64,000 nt of DNA from Cutibacterium sp. (GCF_030525615.1 NZ_JAUNEJ010000001.1:688696-752695), one strand, 5' to 3'. Shown: positions 51,220 through 62,696, counted from the first letter of the stretch. Made by a program: numbers and translations. The notes: generated from the sequence alone by a model not told the origin.

Positions 51220-51951
51220 TTAATCCTTACGATAAAAGTCGCACTCATACCCGTCAGCCGCGAGCGGTAACCCCTCCGCCCAATCTGGCACAGTAGCCAT
51301 GAGAGCACAAATCTCGTCCACGCTGGCGGTGGTGGTTTCGACGACAATCTCGTCGTGGACGTGCATCACGATCCGATGCTTACCATTCGCGACGTGGTAC
51401 ATGCCGTAGACGAGCAGGTCGCGGGCAATGGCTTGGACGATGTTCTCTGTAACCTTGCCACCATAGGTCTCCAGCGCGCCCCATTTCCGTCCGGTACTCG
51501 TACCTTCGTAGAGGATCGAGGTGCCGCCGAACTGGTTCTCACCAAGCCGGGGCTTCACGTAGGCGAGCCTGCGCCCGGATGGCAGCTCGATGAAGAAGAT
51601 CCCGGACTCGACCGTAAATGTCAGTGGCCCGACACGTGTGGGCTGGCGGGTAGAGATGACTTCAATCGCAGCGGAATTGATCTGCGCCCACAAGTCGACG
51701 ATGTTGGGGTTCGCGGCTCGCCACGCGTCCACAATGGGTCGTAGCTCGTGTCCGGCTAACCCCATGCGCAAGGCTCCCATGGCTTTCAGCGCACCTACCG
51801 ATCCGCCGTACCCGCAGGCGAGAACCGCGATTTTACCTTTCTGGCGCAGCTCGCTGTTGACGCCGTGTTTGTCGACCGGTATACCGAACATTCTGCTCGC
51901 GGTCTCGCAATAAAGATCCTTACCATCGCGAAAGGCTTGCAGTGTGGTGGT
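51220..51951 (-). pseudogene. Phage family-A DNA polymerase, C-terminal fragment
   Basis: DLYCETASRMFG, RQKGKIAVLACGYGG, ETYGGKVTENIVQAIARDLL, IVMHVHDEIVVE; everything upstream of about 51951 is missing. Confidence 0.88.
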
Positions 51952-52413
51952 TGCGCATATCCAACCGAAGCAGACCTCAAGAGCCTTCAAAAATTCTTCC
52001 CAGAAGCCAACCTGACCAAGCTCGTAAAGATTGAAAAGTTCCACACCAAGATCCAGACAATCCTCAGCAAAGAACTCCAAGAAGCACTCACGCAAGTAAC
52101 TCAAGCGCTCGAAGAATACAAAGGCCAGAAAGCTCGGCTAATTTCTCAGATGGACGCCATCCCACCCTCCAAAGCGTTCACACAAGAGTTCCTTGACGCA
52201 TATACGTCTCTTGACCGCAGAATCAACAAACTGCAAGACGAAAACGACGCGTTCGATAAACGCGCCAAACTTCAAAAAGAGAAACAAGAAGCGAACCACC
52301 GCTATCAAGAACAGCTAAACACTGTGCTAGCTCAAATCGAAATTGTCATCAACAGCCAGATGGAGGCGATCAACGACGAATTTACTGGAGGATACAAAGG
52401 TGCTCAAGCTTGA
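51952..52413 (+). pseudogene. DUF2326-like coiled-coil ABC-ATPase internal fragment
   Basis: DLKSLQKFFPEANLTKLVKIEKFHTKIQTILSKEL followed by coiled coil; no start, and the C-terminal ATPase motifs are absent. Confidence 0.6.
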
Positions 52414-52464
52414 CAACAACGAACACGCACTATTCGGCGAGAAATGGAGCCGAAAGGAACGCCC

Positions 52465-52668
52465 ATGAGAATCCAATACAACAAACTCTGGAAAATCCTG
52501 ATCGACAAAAACATGAACAAAGTCCAGCTCAAAGAAGCCGCAGGCATCAGCAGCAACTCGCTAGCCAAACTCGGCAAAAACGAACCCCTCCGCATGGACG
52601 TACTCATGAAAATCGCAACTGCACTCAACTGCAAAGTCGAAGATCTATTTGAGACAATTCCCGGATGA
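52465..52668 (+). CDS. Cro/C1-type HTH protein (HTH_26-like)
   Basis: MRIQYNKLWKILIDKNMNKVQLKEAAGISSNSLAKLGKNE...LMKIATALNCKVEDL; GAAAGGAA RBS. Confidence 0.9.
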   Translation: MRIQYNKLWKILIDKNMNKVQLKEAAGISSNSLAKLGKNEPLRMDVLMKIATALNCKVEDLFETIPG

Positions 52669-53129
52669 CCACAGGTCGTGACCATCGCACTCAATGCGCA
52701 TTTACATCTGATCCGTTAGAAGTTTTCGCCTAAAGCTAGGAAAAGAACGACCTATCGGCTAGATGCTAGACGCAGACCACTTTCTATCATCTGGAGTGTT
52801 CGAGTCTGCCTGTCCTCCCCCTGCGACAACGGCATCGTGACACGCCGCGATACTTAGTCTTGTTCAGAATCGCGGTAGCCTTTCGCTTGGGTTGCGTACA
52901 TCTGCGCATATACGCCACAGCGAAAAATTCTCTGGATTAGCACTCAAAAACTACACAAACTTACCGTTGCGCAATCCCTGCAGCAGGCGTCACTCCTAGA
53001 TCAGGCACAAAACATACCGCCGATCATTAAAAGCAGCACGCTCACCACGAGGCCGATACACATCCTTCAACGCCAACCGACCAAGCCCCTCCACATACTC
53101 ATCCCTCACAGAGCTCCACAACCCACGAA

Positions 53130-53636
53130 CTACTTCAACACACGAATAGACTCGCCCACCTTATCCAAATCAGCCTTACGAGACTCCTCAAAAAAACCAC
53201 CAACTACTACAGCCGTATCATCATCAATCTGAATCATATACAAACGAGCAGGAAGCTTATATTTTTTGCTCATCCAAAAATCCATAACTACAGTTTTATA
53301 TCCATCAATTTCCATTTCAGTATGGCGTGTACCACCACCGCCAACGGTTCCGCCAGTATCAGCCCTAAATTGACCTTCGATATCATCAACAGTTTTTTGC
53401 TCAGGATCGTGATTACCGACCACATAATTTAACAGGTTCTCCGACGCATGAACGTTACTCCACCCATGCAAGTAGCCATCAGGATTATCAAAATCTTCAG
53501 GATATGCAAACTCTACCAAATCTGCCACAGTATCCGTCACCCAACCCTCAGGCACCTTAGACTCCTCTTTTCCGCCAGCACAGCCTGCAAGCGCAAGCGC
53601 ACACACAGCCAGCAGGCTCATGATTTTTAATTTCAT
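53130..53636 (-). CDS. Orphan low-GC lipoprotein (168 aa)
   Basis: MKLKIMSLLAVCALALAGC lipobox; AGAGGA RBS; acidic mature domain. Confidence 0.8.
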   Translation of the reverse strand: MKLKIMSLLAVCALALAGCAGGKEESKVPEGWVTDTVADLVEFAYPEDFDNPDGYLHGWSNVHASENLLNYVVGNHDPEQKTVDDIEGQFRADTGGTVGGGGTRHTEMEIDGYKTVVMDFWMSKKYKLPARLYMIQIDDDTAVVVGGFFEESRKADLDKVGESIRVLK

Positions 53637-53852
53637 TGCGATTCCTCTCTTGATGTCTTCAAAATCTTGCATCTGGCGGCGCCCATCCGAGCCAATCTCA
53701 CCCAAATACTGCTTGGTCTTCACTGAAGAACTTTCAATAGATTGTTTCGCCTTATGATACACAAACCAGGCATCAATCCTTGCCTTTATGCCGGAAATGA
53801 AGTAGCTCTGGCTGCACACTAGTCGTTCATGGATTAGTACTCGCAGGACTTT

Positions 53853-53920
53853 TTGACGCCCTAACCCATACCAATTGACGTAGACCCTACACATTTTGAC
53901 GATGCTCCGCACAATTTGAC
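53853..53920. repeat. Four TTGAC motifs phased at 20-22 bp near the ssrA-proximal end
   Basis: TTGAC at 53853, 53875, 53896 and 53916, each preceded by a T/A run; a further copy at 53966. Confidence 0.65.
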
Positions 53921-54073
53921 GCGCTCAGGCGCTCGAAGCAGGAGGCCACCCACCAGGCAGCCAAATTGACTCCAGTAGAGACTTTTGAACAGCAACCGTG
54001 CGTCCTCTGAGCACGTTGCCACTCCCCCAAAACCACCCCTGACAAGACAAAACGCAACCCTTCCGGGCAATAC

Positions 54074-54108
54074 AAAAGGACGCTCACTTTGTATCAAAAT
54101 GAGCCTCC
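54074..54108 (-). terminator. ssrA intrinsic terminator, coinciding with the ssrA-proximal att site
   Basis: GGAGGCTCATTTTG-ATA-CAAAGTGAGCGTCC-TTTT, 13 of 14 pairs, starting 3 nt after the CCA end. Confidence 0.8.
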
Positions 54109-54111
54109 TAG

Positions 54112-54482
54112 TGGTGGAGATGGCGGGAATTGAACCCGCGTCCTTGAAAGACAGTCCAGACATTCTCCGGGCGCAGTCGATGCTGTCGTTGTTACTCGGC
54201 TCCTGCACTCACATCGACATGGTGCAGACAAGCCCAGTCACGGAAAAGCCCCGTACAGCCCCCGTGACCACAGCTGTACAGCAAGCCTTCTTAACGAGGC
54301 CAGACTCCGGACGGAAGGCTACATCCGGGCTGACCCTTCGATCGCCGATCAGGCGGCGAGAGCGAAGTCAGTGCGAGTGTTCTCGGCACTTATAGGTTTC
54401 CAAGGATCGTTAACGAGTTGACCTTGGGTCCTCGGCCCGCTTCTCCTGGAACAACCATTCCAAGTCGAAACCAGTCATCCCC
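54112..54482 (-). ncRNA. ssrA: tmRNA
   Basis: 5' GGGGATGACTGGTTTCGAC, 3' GACGCGGGTTCAATTCCCGCCATCTCCACCA; tag frame 54387-54349 encodes AENTRTDFALAA*. Confidence 0.97.
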
Positions 54483-54690
54483 TCTATGGTGTTGTACCGG
54501 CTAAGTTTATCTCAACATTGCCCAGTCATGGAACCTGTCCGCCAGCGGCGATCTTCAACGTCGCACCGCACCAGAAGTTCACACCGTTCACCCCCTCGCC
54601 AGCCGTCGCCTTGCGACGTCTGCCATGTGTTCATGCACTGATAAGCGAACTGTCGAGGCAGACTGCGGGCATTCACTCCATAACCGCGTC

Positions 54691-56708
<2,018 letters not shown>

Positions 56709-56760
56709 TTACCTACCTCCGCACCCACTCCCGTCAACCTGTCGCGTTCCACAGGAGGTG

Positions 56761-57960
56761 TCAGGCTGTTACTGAATCGATGAGGCTTGGAAGGGCAGCA
56801 ACGAAGGTCTGAGCTTCTTCCTTGGTGAGAATGTAGGGAGGAGCAAGTCTTAGTGTCGATGGATTGGCGGCATTGACGATGAATCCAGCCTCGCGGGCTG
56901 CAACAACAAGGTCCGTAGCGATGGCGGAGTCGAGCTGGACACCGATGAGGGCACCTCTCCCCCTGACCTCGGTGACGCGCGGATGGCAGTGTCTTAAGGC
57001 TGTCGTCAGGAAGGCCCCGATCTGACGGACGTGGGACAGCAGATCCTCGGACTCGATGGTGCTGATAACCGACAACGCGGCAGCACATGCCAGCGGATTC
57101 CCGCCAAAGGTGGTCCCATGCTGACCAGCAGTAAGGATTCCAGACACGTCGGGTCCGAAGGTCATCGTCGCCCCGATGGGGAATCCTCCGCCCAGGGCTT
57201 TGGCAAGGGTCATGATGTCGGGAGTGATGTGAGCCTCACGGTGAGCGAACCACTGACCGGTACGTCCCATTCCGCACTGCACCTCGTCGACGGCCATCAG
57301 GACATTGTGCGAGGCCGTCAACTTGCGAACCTGCTGCAGGTATTCGACCGACAGCGGCACAACCCCAGCTTCTCCTTGTATCGGCTCGACGAAGACGCCG
57401 GCTACGTTCCCCCTGTCCAATTCGACGGCGAGAGCGTCAGAATCCTCTGGAGAAACGAATGTGACGTCGACCGCTGAGGGCCCAAAAGGCTGACGGTAGG
57501 CGATCTTGTGCGTCAACGACAGGGCGCCCAGGGTCCGACCGTGGAAGGCATGTTCAAGCGCGATGATTCGACCGCCAGGTGTGCGAGCGAGACAGATCTT
57601 GACGGCGGCCTCATTGGCTTCAGTCCCTGAGTTCGACAGAAAAACCGCCGATCCCTGCGGTGCATTGGCCAGCGACAAGAGTTTCTCGGCCAGGTCGAGC
57701 TGTGGCCCGGTAGTGAAGAAGTTCGACACATGAGCGAGTGTGGCGGCTTGGCGGCTGACTGCCTCGACCCATGCCGGGTGGGCATAACCCAAGGCATTGA
57801 CGGCGATACCGCCTAGCAGGTCAAGGTATTCCTTGCCGTCGCTATCGACAACGACGCAGCCGTGACCGTGTTCCAGACACATCTGGGGGCTACCGAATAC
57901 GCCGAGCAGGCTGTGACGGTACCGCCCCTGCCAAGTGTTAGACGTCTGGTCGTGAGTCAT
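56761..57960 (-). CDS. argD: Acetylornithine aminotransferase
   Basis: YLDLLGGIAVNALG, NSGTEANEAA, EPIQGEAG, DEVQCG, TLAKALGGG; RBS before ATG 57960. Confidence 0.93.
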   Translation of the reverse strand: MTHDQTSNTWQGRYRHSLLGVFGSPQMCLEHGHGCVVVDSDGKEYLDLLGGIAVNALGYAHPAWVEAVSRQAATLAHVSNFFTTGPQLDLAEKLLSLANAPQGSAVFLSNSGTEANEAAVKICLARTPGGRIIALEHAFHGRTLGALSLTHKIAYRQPFGPSAVDVTFVSPEDSDALAVELDRGNVAGVFVEPIQGEAGVVPLSVEYLQQVRKLTASHNVLMAVDEVQCGMGRTGQWFAHREAHITPDIMTLAKALGGGFPIGATMTFGPDVSGILTAGQHGTTFGGNPLACAAALSVISTIESEDLLSHVRQIGAFLTTALRHCHPRVTEVRGRGALIGVQLDSAIATDLVVAAREAGFIVNAANPSTLRLAPPYILTKEEAQTFVAALPSLIDSVTA

Positions 57961-57970
57961 TGGCTTCCTT

Positions 57971-58903
57971 TCAGGCGTAGTCATCACGGCGTGCCATGGT
58001 TCCGACTCCCTTGGTGGTGAAGATCTCGAGCAGCAGCGCGTGTTCAATCCGCCCGTCAACGATTGCTGCACTCGAGACTCCCCCGTCAATCGCGTCGAGG
58101 AGAGCTTGACCCTTGGGTCTCATGCCTTCCCCTAGTCGGGGAATCATGGCGCGTAGGTCCGTAGCCGAAATCTCCGATATGAGGGTGTGGGGGTCTGGCC
58201 AGGTGCCATAAATGCCGGCCACATTGGTCAACATGACGAGTTTTTCGGCGCGTAGAGCCTGGGCGATAGCCGTCGCAGCGGTGTCGGCGTTGACGTTGAG
58301 CACCTGCCCTGTCGGGCGGCCAGCCTCGTCGACCTCAGGACTTACCGGGGCAATGACGGGAATCTGCCCCCGATCCAGCATGGAGTTGATGAGCTCAGTG
58401 TTGACGTCAACGATGTCTCCAACCAGACCCATATCGATCTGTTCCCCGTCGACGATGACTCGTGACTTGCGCGCCGACAACAGCCCAGAATCCTCCCCGG
58501 ACATCCCGGCTGCCAGAGGTGCGTAGGTGTTAATCCGGTTGACCAGCTGACGTCCAACCTGGCCGACAAGTACCATCCGGACGACATCCATCACTTCTGG
58601 GGAGGTCACGCGCAATCCATTACGAAACTCCACCGGTGTCGCGGATTCGGCCAGCATGGCGTTGATCTGAGGCCCGCCGCCATGGACGACGATTGGACGA
58701 ATACCCACCGACGCCATGAAGACGATATCGTCGGCGAAGGCCTGCTGTAGACCGGGATCGACCATGGCATTGCCGCCATATTTCACGACCACGGTCCGGC
58801 CCTGGAACCTTCTAATCCAAGGCAGTGCTTCCACCAGCACCTCAGATTTCCGCTGGGCCGAAAACTGCGAGTCGTTGAGAGGAATGTCAAGAGCGAGGGT
58901 CAT
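57971..58903 (-). CDS. argB: Acetylglutamate kinase
   Basis: VVVKYGGNAM, VVHGGGPQI, NVNADTAA, IVDGRIEHALLLEIFT. Confidence 0.95.
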   Translation of the reverse strand: MTLALDIPLNDSQFSAQRKSEVLVEALPWIRRFQGRTVVVKYGGNAMVDPGLQQAFADDIVFMASVGIRPIVVHGGGPQINAMLAESATPVEFRNGLRVTSPEVMDVVRMVLVGQVGRQLVNRINTYAPLAAGMSGEDSGLLSARKSRVIVDGEQIDMGLVGDIVDVNTELINSMLDRGQIPVIAPVSPEVDEAGRPTGQVLNVNADTAATAIAQALRAEKLVMLTNVAGIYGTWPDPHTLISEISATDLRAMIPRLGEGMRPKGQALLDAIDGGVSSAAIVDGRIEHALLLEIFTTKGVGTMARRDDYA

Positions 58904-60066
58904 GATGTGTATGCGCTGTTCTCTTCGACGTATTCGTGGGTCAAGTCGTTAGTCCACACGGCGGCCTCAGCCTCACCGGCGTGTAGTTCGATGTCGATGT
59001 GTACCTCGCGCGAACTCATGTCGACGAGATCTCGGTCGTCGCCAATACCCCCCGATCTGCACACCTGAATGCCATTGACCGAGACATCCACTGCGTCAGG
59101 GTCGAAGGGGGCGACACTCTCTGGTACACATCCGACAGCTGCCAGGATTCGTCCCCAGTTGGGGTCGTTACCGGCGATGGCGGTCTTCACCAAGTTGGAT
59201 CGGGTGACTTCACGAGCCACTGCCACGGCCGCCTTCGTGGTTGTCGCACCGCGGACCGTCACCTTGACGTCGTGGTGAGATCCCTCGGCATCGGCAACCA
59301 GCTGCCGGGCCAAGTTCGCACACAGCTGCGTCAGAGCACAGACCAAGTCCTCCTTGGACATCGTAACCCCAGAGGCCCCGGACGCCATCGCGACCACAGT
59401 GTCATTGGTCGACATACAAGCGTCGGAGTCGACTCGGCTAAACGTGACCTCGCAGGCTTGGGCCAAGGCATCCTGAAACTCTTCAGCATCCACGACGGCG
59501 TCAGTGGTCACGAAGACGAGCATCGTTGCGAGCTGGGGAGCCAACATGCCCGCACCCTTGGCGATTCCGCCAAATCGTGCACCATTGTTCTCCACGGTGG
59601 CCGTTTTGGGAACGGTATCGGTCGTCATGATGGCTCGTGCCGCCGACTCGTCAACGACATCTCCCTTGCCCAGGGAGCTATGCGCAATCGCAGCACCCTT
59701 GAGGATTGACGGCATATCCAGGCGCACTCCGATAACCCCCGTTGAGGCCACAACTACCTCATGCGGTTCGCAGCCAACTAGGGCAGCGACATATTCGGCT
59801 TCACGCTTGGAGTCGGCCAGCCCGTCATTTCCAGTACAGGCGTTGGCAACAGCCGAGTTGACAATGACTGCACGTGCCTTGTGATCGGCAACAACCTCAC
59901 GTGACCACCGCACGGGTGCAGCACAGACACGGTTGGTGGTGAACACTCCGGCAACACAGTCGCGCGGACCGTCGTTGATGATGAGGGCAAGATCGGGTAC
60001 TGGGGCGTTCCGCAGCCCGGCACGAATACCACGAGCGCGAAAACCTAGCGGAAAGGTAACGGACAT
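58900..60066 (-). CDS. argJ: Ornithine acetyltransferase
   Basis: GVFTTNRVCAAPV, AIMTTDT, AKGAGMLAPQLATML, MSTNDTV, DPNWGRI. Confidence 0.95.
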   Translation of the reverse strand: MSVTFPLGFRARGIRAGLRNAPVPDLALIINDGPRDCVAGVFTTNRVCAAPVRWSREVVADHKARAVIVNSAVANACTGNDGLADSKREAEYVAALVGCEPHEVVVASTGVIGVRLDMPSILKGAAIAHSSLGKGDVVDESAARAIMTTDTVPKTATVENNGARFGGIAKGAGMLAPQLATMLVFVTTDAVVDAEEFQDALAQACEVTFSRVDSDACMSTNDTVVAMASGASGVTMSKEDLVCALTQLCANLARQLVADAEGSHHDVKVTVRGATTTKAAVAVAREVTRSNLVKTAIAGNDPNWGRILAAVGCVPESVAPFDPDAVDVSVNGIQVCRSGGIGDDRDLVDMSSREVHIDIELHAGEAEAAVWTNDLTHEYVEENSAYTS

Positions 60067-60077
60067 GAATACTCCTG

Positions 60078-61133
60078 TCAGGGGTTAAGGCCAACCATGG
60101 GCAGCCCCTGAGTTTCAGGGAGTCCCAGGGCTAGGTTGAGGCTCTGGATGACGGCGCCCGCAGTTCCCTTGACGAGATTGTCGAGGGCGACGATGACGGT
60201 GGCCAGACCGTTGTCGAGGTCGCCGGCGGCAGTGATATGTACCAGCGCTGACCCAACGACATCGTGGGTATCGGGGTGGGTGTCGGTGACGTGAATGAGC
60301 GGCTCATTGTCATAAACCTCATGAAGCCGCCCCATAAGGGTCTCGGTCGAGCACTGCGACGGTGCGGTGCACACCGCCAAGATTCCCCGGGTCATCGGTA
60401 CCAGGACAGCACTGACGCTCAGATGCGGGTCCTTGGCACCGGAAGTGCGCAAAGACTGCATGATCTCGGGAATGTGACGATGAGCATTACCGACGGAATA
60501 GGGGTGGGCTCCCCCGCTCATGCGGGAAAACGTGAGATCTGGACGACTCGACTTCCCGGCTCCCGAGGTTCCGACCACCAGGGTCACTGCCGTCTGAGAG
60601 GTGTCCACGAGGTTCACCAGCGGCGACAGCCCAAGAGCAACGGCCGAGGCATTGCAGCCGGGGCCAGCAATCCGCGTCGCGCCGACAAGATTGCTGCGCT
60701 GAGACCCGCCGCTGGCCAACGGAAGTTCTGGGAGACCGTAGGTCCAGGTACCGGCATGATGACCGCCGTACCAGCGCTGCCAGTCCGACGCCGACGCCAG
60801 CCGGAAGTCCGCACCAGCATCAACAATGACAATATCCGGGTTGACCGTGCTAAGACCGTTGGCGATCTCTCCGGAAGCACCATGAGGAAGGGCCAACACA
60901 ACGGCGTCATGACGTGCCAACCGGGTGACGTCAATCTCGCAAAGAGTTCGCTCCCCCGCTACCCCCGCCAGGTGCGGCATCGCCTGAGCCACCGAGAGGC
61001 CAGCTTGGCTGTGCGCGGCAAGGTCCCCCATCCTCAGCCCAGGATGTCCCGCCAGCAGACGCACCACCTCAGCTCCGGCGTATCCGGACGCCCCGGCTAC
61101 GGCGACGTTGAATTCTTTTGCGCTCATGCGCAT
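60078..61133 (-). CDS. argC: N-acetyl-gamma-glutamyl-phosphate reductase
   Basis: VAGASGYAG, ALPHG, GPGCNASA, GTSGAG, DNLVKGTAG. Confidence 0.94.
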   Translation of the reverse strand: MRMSAKEFNVAVAGASGYAGAEVVRLLAGHPGLRMGDLAAHSQAGLSVAQAMPHLAGVAGERTLCEIDVTRLARHDAVVLALPHGASGEIANGLSTVNPDIVIVDAGADFRLASASDWQRWYGGHHAGTWTYGLPELPLASGGSQRSNLVGATRIAGPGCNASAVALGLSPLVNLVDTSQTAVTLVVGTSGAGKSSRPDLTFSRMSGGAHPYSVGNAHRHIPEIMQSLRTSGAKDPHLSVSAVLVPMTRGILAVCTAPSQCSTETLMGRLHEVYDNEPLIHVTDTHPDTHDVVGSALVHITAAGDLDNGLATVIVALDNLVKGTAGAVIQSLNLALGLPETQGLPMVGLNP

Positions 61134-61142
61134 ATTTATACA
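61129..61142 (-). promoter_or_regulatory. ARG box (ArgR operator)
   Basis: TGTATAAATATGCG versus consensus TGCATA-N2-TATGCA, immediately after a TACGAT -10 and overlapping the argC start. Confidence 0.7.
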
Positions 61143-61232
61143 CCGGATCGTATGTTTGGCCAACTCACATTCACGATGTGACTACAACACGACCGCCACC
61201 ACACTGAGAGTGCGGTGGCGGCCTTCACCACT

Positions 61233-61715
61233 TCAGCGCTTGCGATGACGAAGGCGATTCGCCAACGCCCGCTGTGCCTCACGCTTGGCGTCGCGCTCCC
61301 GAATGGCCTGCCTCTTATCCCACTCTTTTTTACCGGTGCCAACGGCGATCTCGACCTTGGCGTACCCGTCCTTGAAATACAACTGCAGCGGAACGATGGT
61401 CTTTCCGGGGCCGTCAACCTCTCTGGAAAGCTTGGCAATCTCACGTTTGTTGAGCAGCAACTTGCGCTTGCGCATGACGTCATGGTTGCGCCACGTGCCG
61501 AAGGCGTATTCGGGAATGTGGAGGTTGTACATCCACACCTCACCGCGCTCGTCAACCTGCGCAAAAGCGTCGCTCAACGTGGCTTTGCCTGCGCGCAAAG
61601 ACTTCACCTCGGTGCCCTGCAGAACGAGTCCAGCCTCCCATGTGTCACCGATGGTGTAATCGTGGGTAGCCCGACGGTTACGCGCAACGACTTTGACTCC
61701 CTGTTCCCTGGGCAT
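61233..61715 (-). CDS. smpB: SsrA-binding protein
   Basis: [39 protein letters not shown]. Confidence 0.97.
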   Translation of the reverse strand: MPREQGVKVVARNRRATHDYTIGDTWEAGLVLQGTEVKSLRAGKATLSDAFAQVDERGEVWMYNLHIPEYAFGTWRNHDVMRKRKLLLNKREIAKLSREVDGPGKTIVPLQLYFKDGYAKVEIAVGTGKKEWDKRQAIRERDAKREAQRALANRLRHRKR

Positions 61716-61761
61716 GGCAGACCTCCTTCAACACAGGACATTCCATCCTATATGGAGAAAC

Positions 61762-62664
61762 TCAGACCCTCAGATACTTCTTAGTCACGATGTAGGCCGG
61801 TGCCGCAGATAGCACGATCGCCACCACAATCATCCAGGCAATCGACGTCCACACCTGAGGCCAGCCAATCCACGCGACCGTCGTGATGGAGTGAGCCATC
61901 TTGCCCATGACAACCAGATCGGCACCCACAGCAAGGGTCAGACAAGCCAGCAGCGCTCCAATGAGCCCCGAGATGAGAGACTCGAGGAGAAACGGCATGA
62001 GGATGTATGTATTTGACGCCCCCACCAATTTCATGATTCCCAGTTCGCGACGCCGGGCAAAAGCGGCCATCCGCATAGTATTGCCAATCTGCAAGGCTGC
62101 CGCAACGAGCAAGAGCACCGACATCCCGAGTGTCACCCATTTCAGGGCATTCATCCACATGAATATCGGGTCCAACACGTTGTGCAGATCGACGACTGAC
62201 TGCACACCAGGCAGACTTTGCGCCTCCGTCACAACTGCCTCATAGTTCTGCGGATCGACAAGTTTGACACGGTAGGAGTCCTGGATAGTGTCCTCAGTCA
62301 GAACGTCCCTCACCGGAGAGTCCGCGTAGATCCGCTGGTACTCCTGAAAGGCTTCACCCTTGGACTCGTAATAGACGTGCGAAACTTGCGGATTGCTCTC
62401 CAATGCCTGACGAATGGCGTCCTTCTGGGCCTGAGTGGCAGCCTTCTCTCCCGAGCATTGTGCCCCTGAAACACCGTCGACACACAAAAAGACCGAAACC
62501 TCGACTTTGTCGTACCACTTGCCCTTGAGCAGATCGACCTGCTGGTTGGCAAGCAAGGCCGCCCCGAACAGGGACAGGGAAACCCACATCGTGACGATGA
62601 CGGCCAGGGTCATCGTCGCGTTGCGGCGCAGTCCAGACCATGTCTCTCGCAAGGTGTGACGCAT
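61762..62664 (-). CDS. ftsX: Cell-division permease FtsX
   Basis: GLRRNATMTLAV, IGNTMRMAAFARRRELGIMKLVGAS..FLLE. Confidence 0.93.
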   Translation of the reverse strand: MRHTLRETWSGLRRNATMTLAVIVTMWVSLSLFGAALLANQQVDLLKGKWYDKVEVSVFLCVDGVSGAQCSGEKAATQAQKDAIRQALESNPQVSHVYYESKGEAFQEYQRIYADSPVRDVLTEDTIQDSYRVKLVDPQNYEAVVTEAQSLPGVQSVVDLHNVLDPIFMWMNALKWVTLGMSVLLLVAAALQIGNTMRMAAFARRRELGIMKLVGASNTYILMPFLLESLISGLIGALLACLTLAVGADLVVMGKMAHSITTVAWIGWPQVWTSIAWMIVVAIVLSAAPAYIVTKKYLRV

Positions 62665-62696
62665 ATATGTCCTCGTTCTGTCTGGTATCGGGGATG

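Larger units (their letters stand above)
45796..54094 (-). mobile_element. Decayed prophage-like element with tandem large serine recombinases, inserted at the ssrA terminator
   Basis: Bounded by matching att-like sites; contains two LSR genes, tail-chaperone and PolA relics in phage order on the minus strand, plus cargo genes; abuts the tmRNA 3' end. Confidence 0.8.

Noticed and set aside
51220-52104. The ORF-track 294-aa protein as a single gene
   Set aside because: Chimeric: the first ~50 aa are the antisense of the DUF2326 fragment; only 51220-51951 is PolA.
52389-52400. Internal GATACAAAG as a secondary att site truncating DUF2326
   Set aside because: Only 9 bp, inside a coding frame in AT-rich DNA, with no symmetric second arm.
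53637-53912. N-terminal extension of the lipoprotein ORF
   Set aside because: A proper RBS and signal peptide begin at ATG 53636; the far end of the extension runs through the non-coding TTGAC array.
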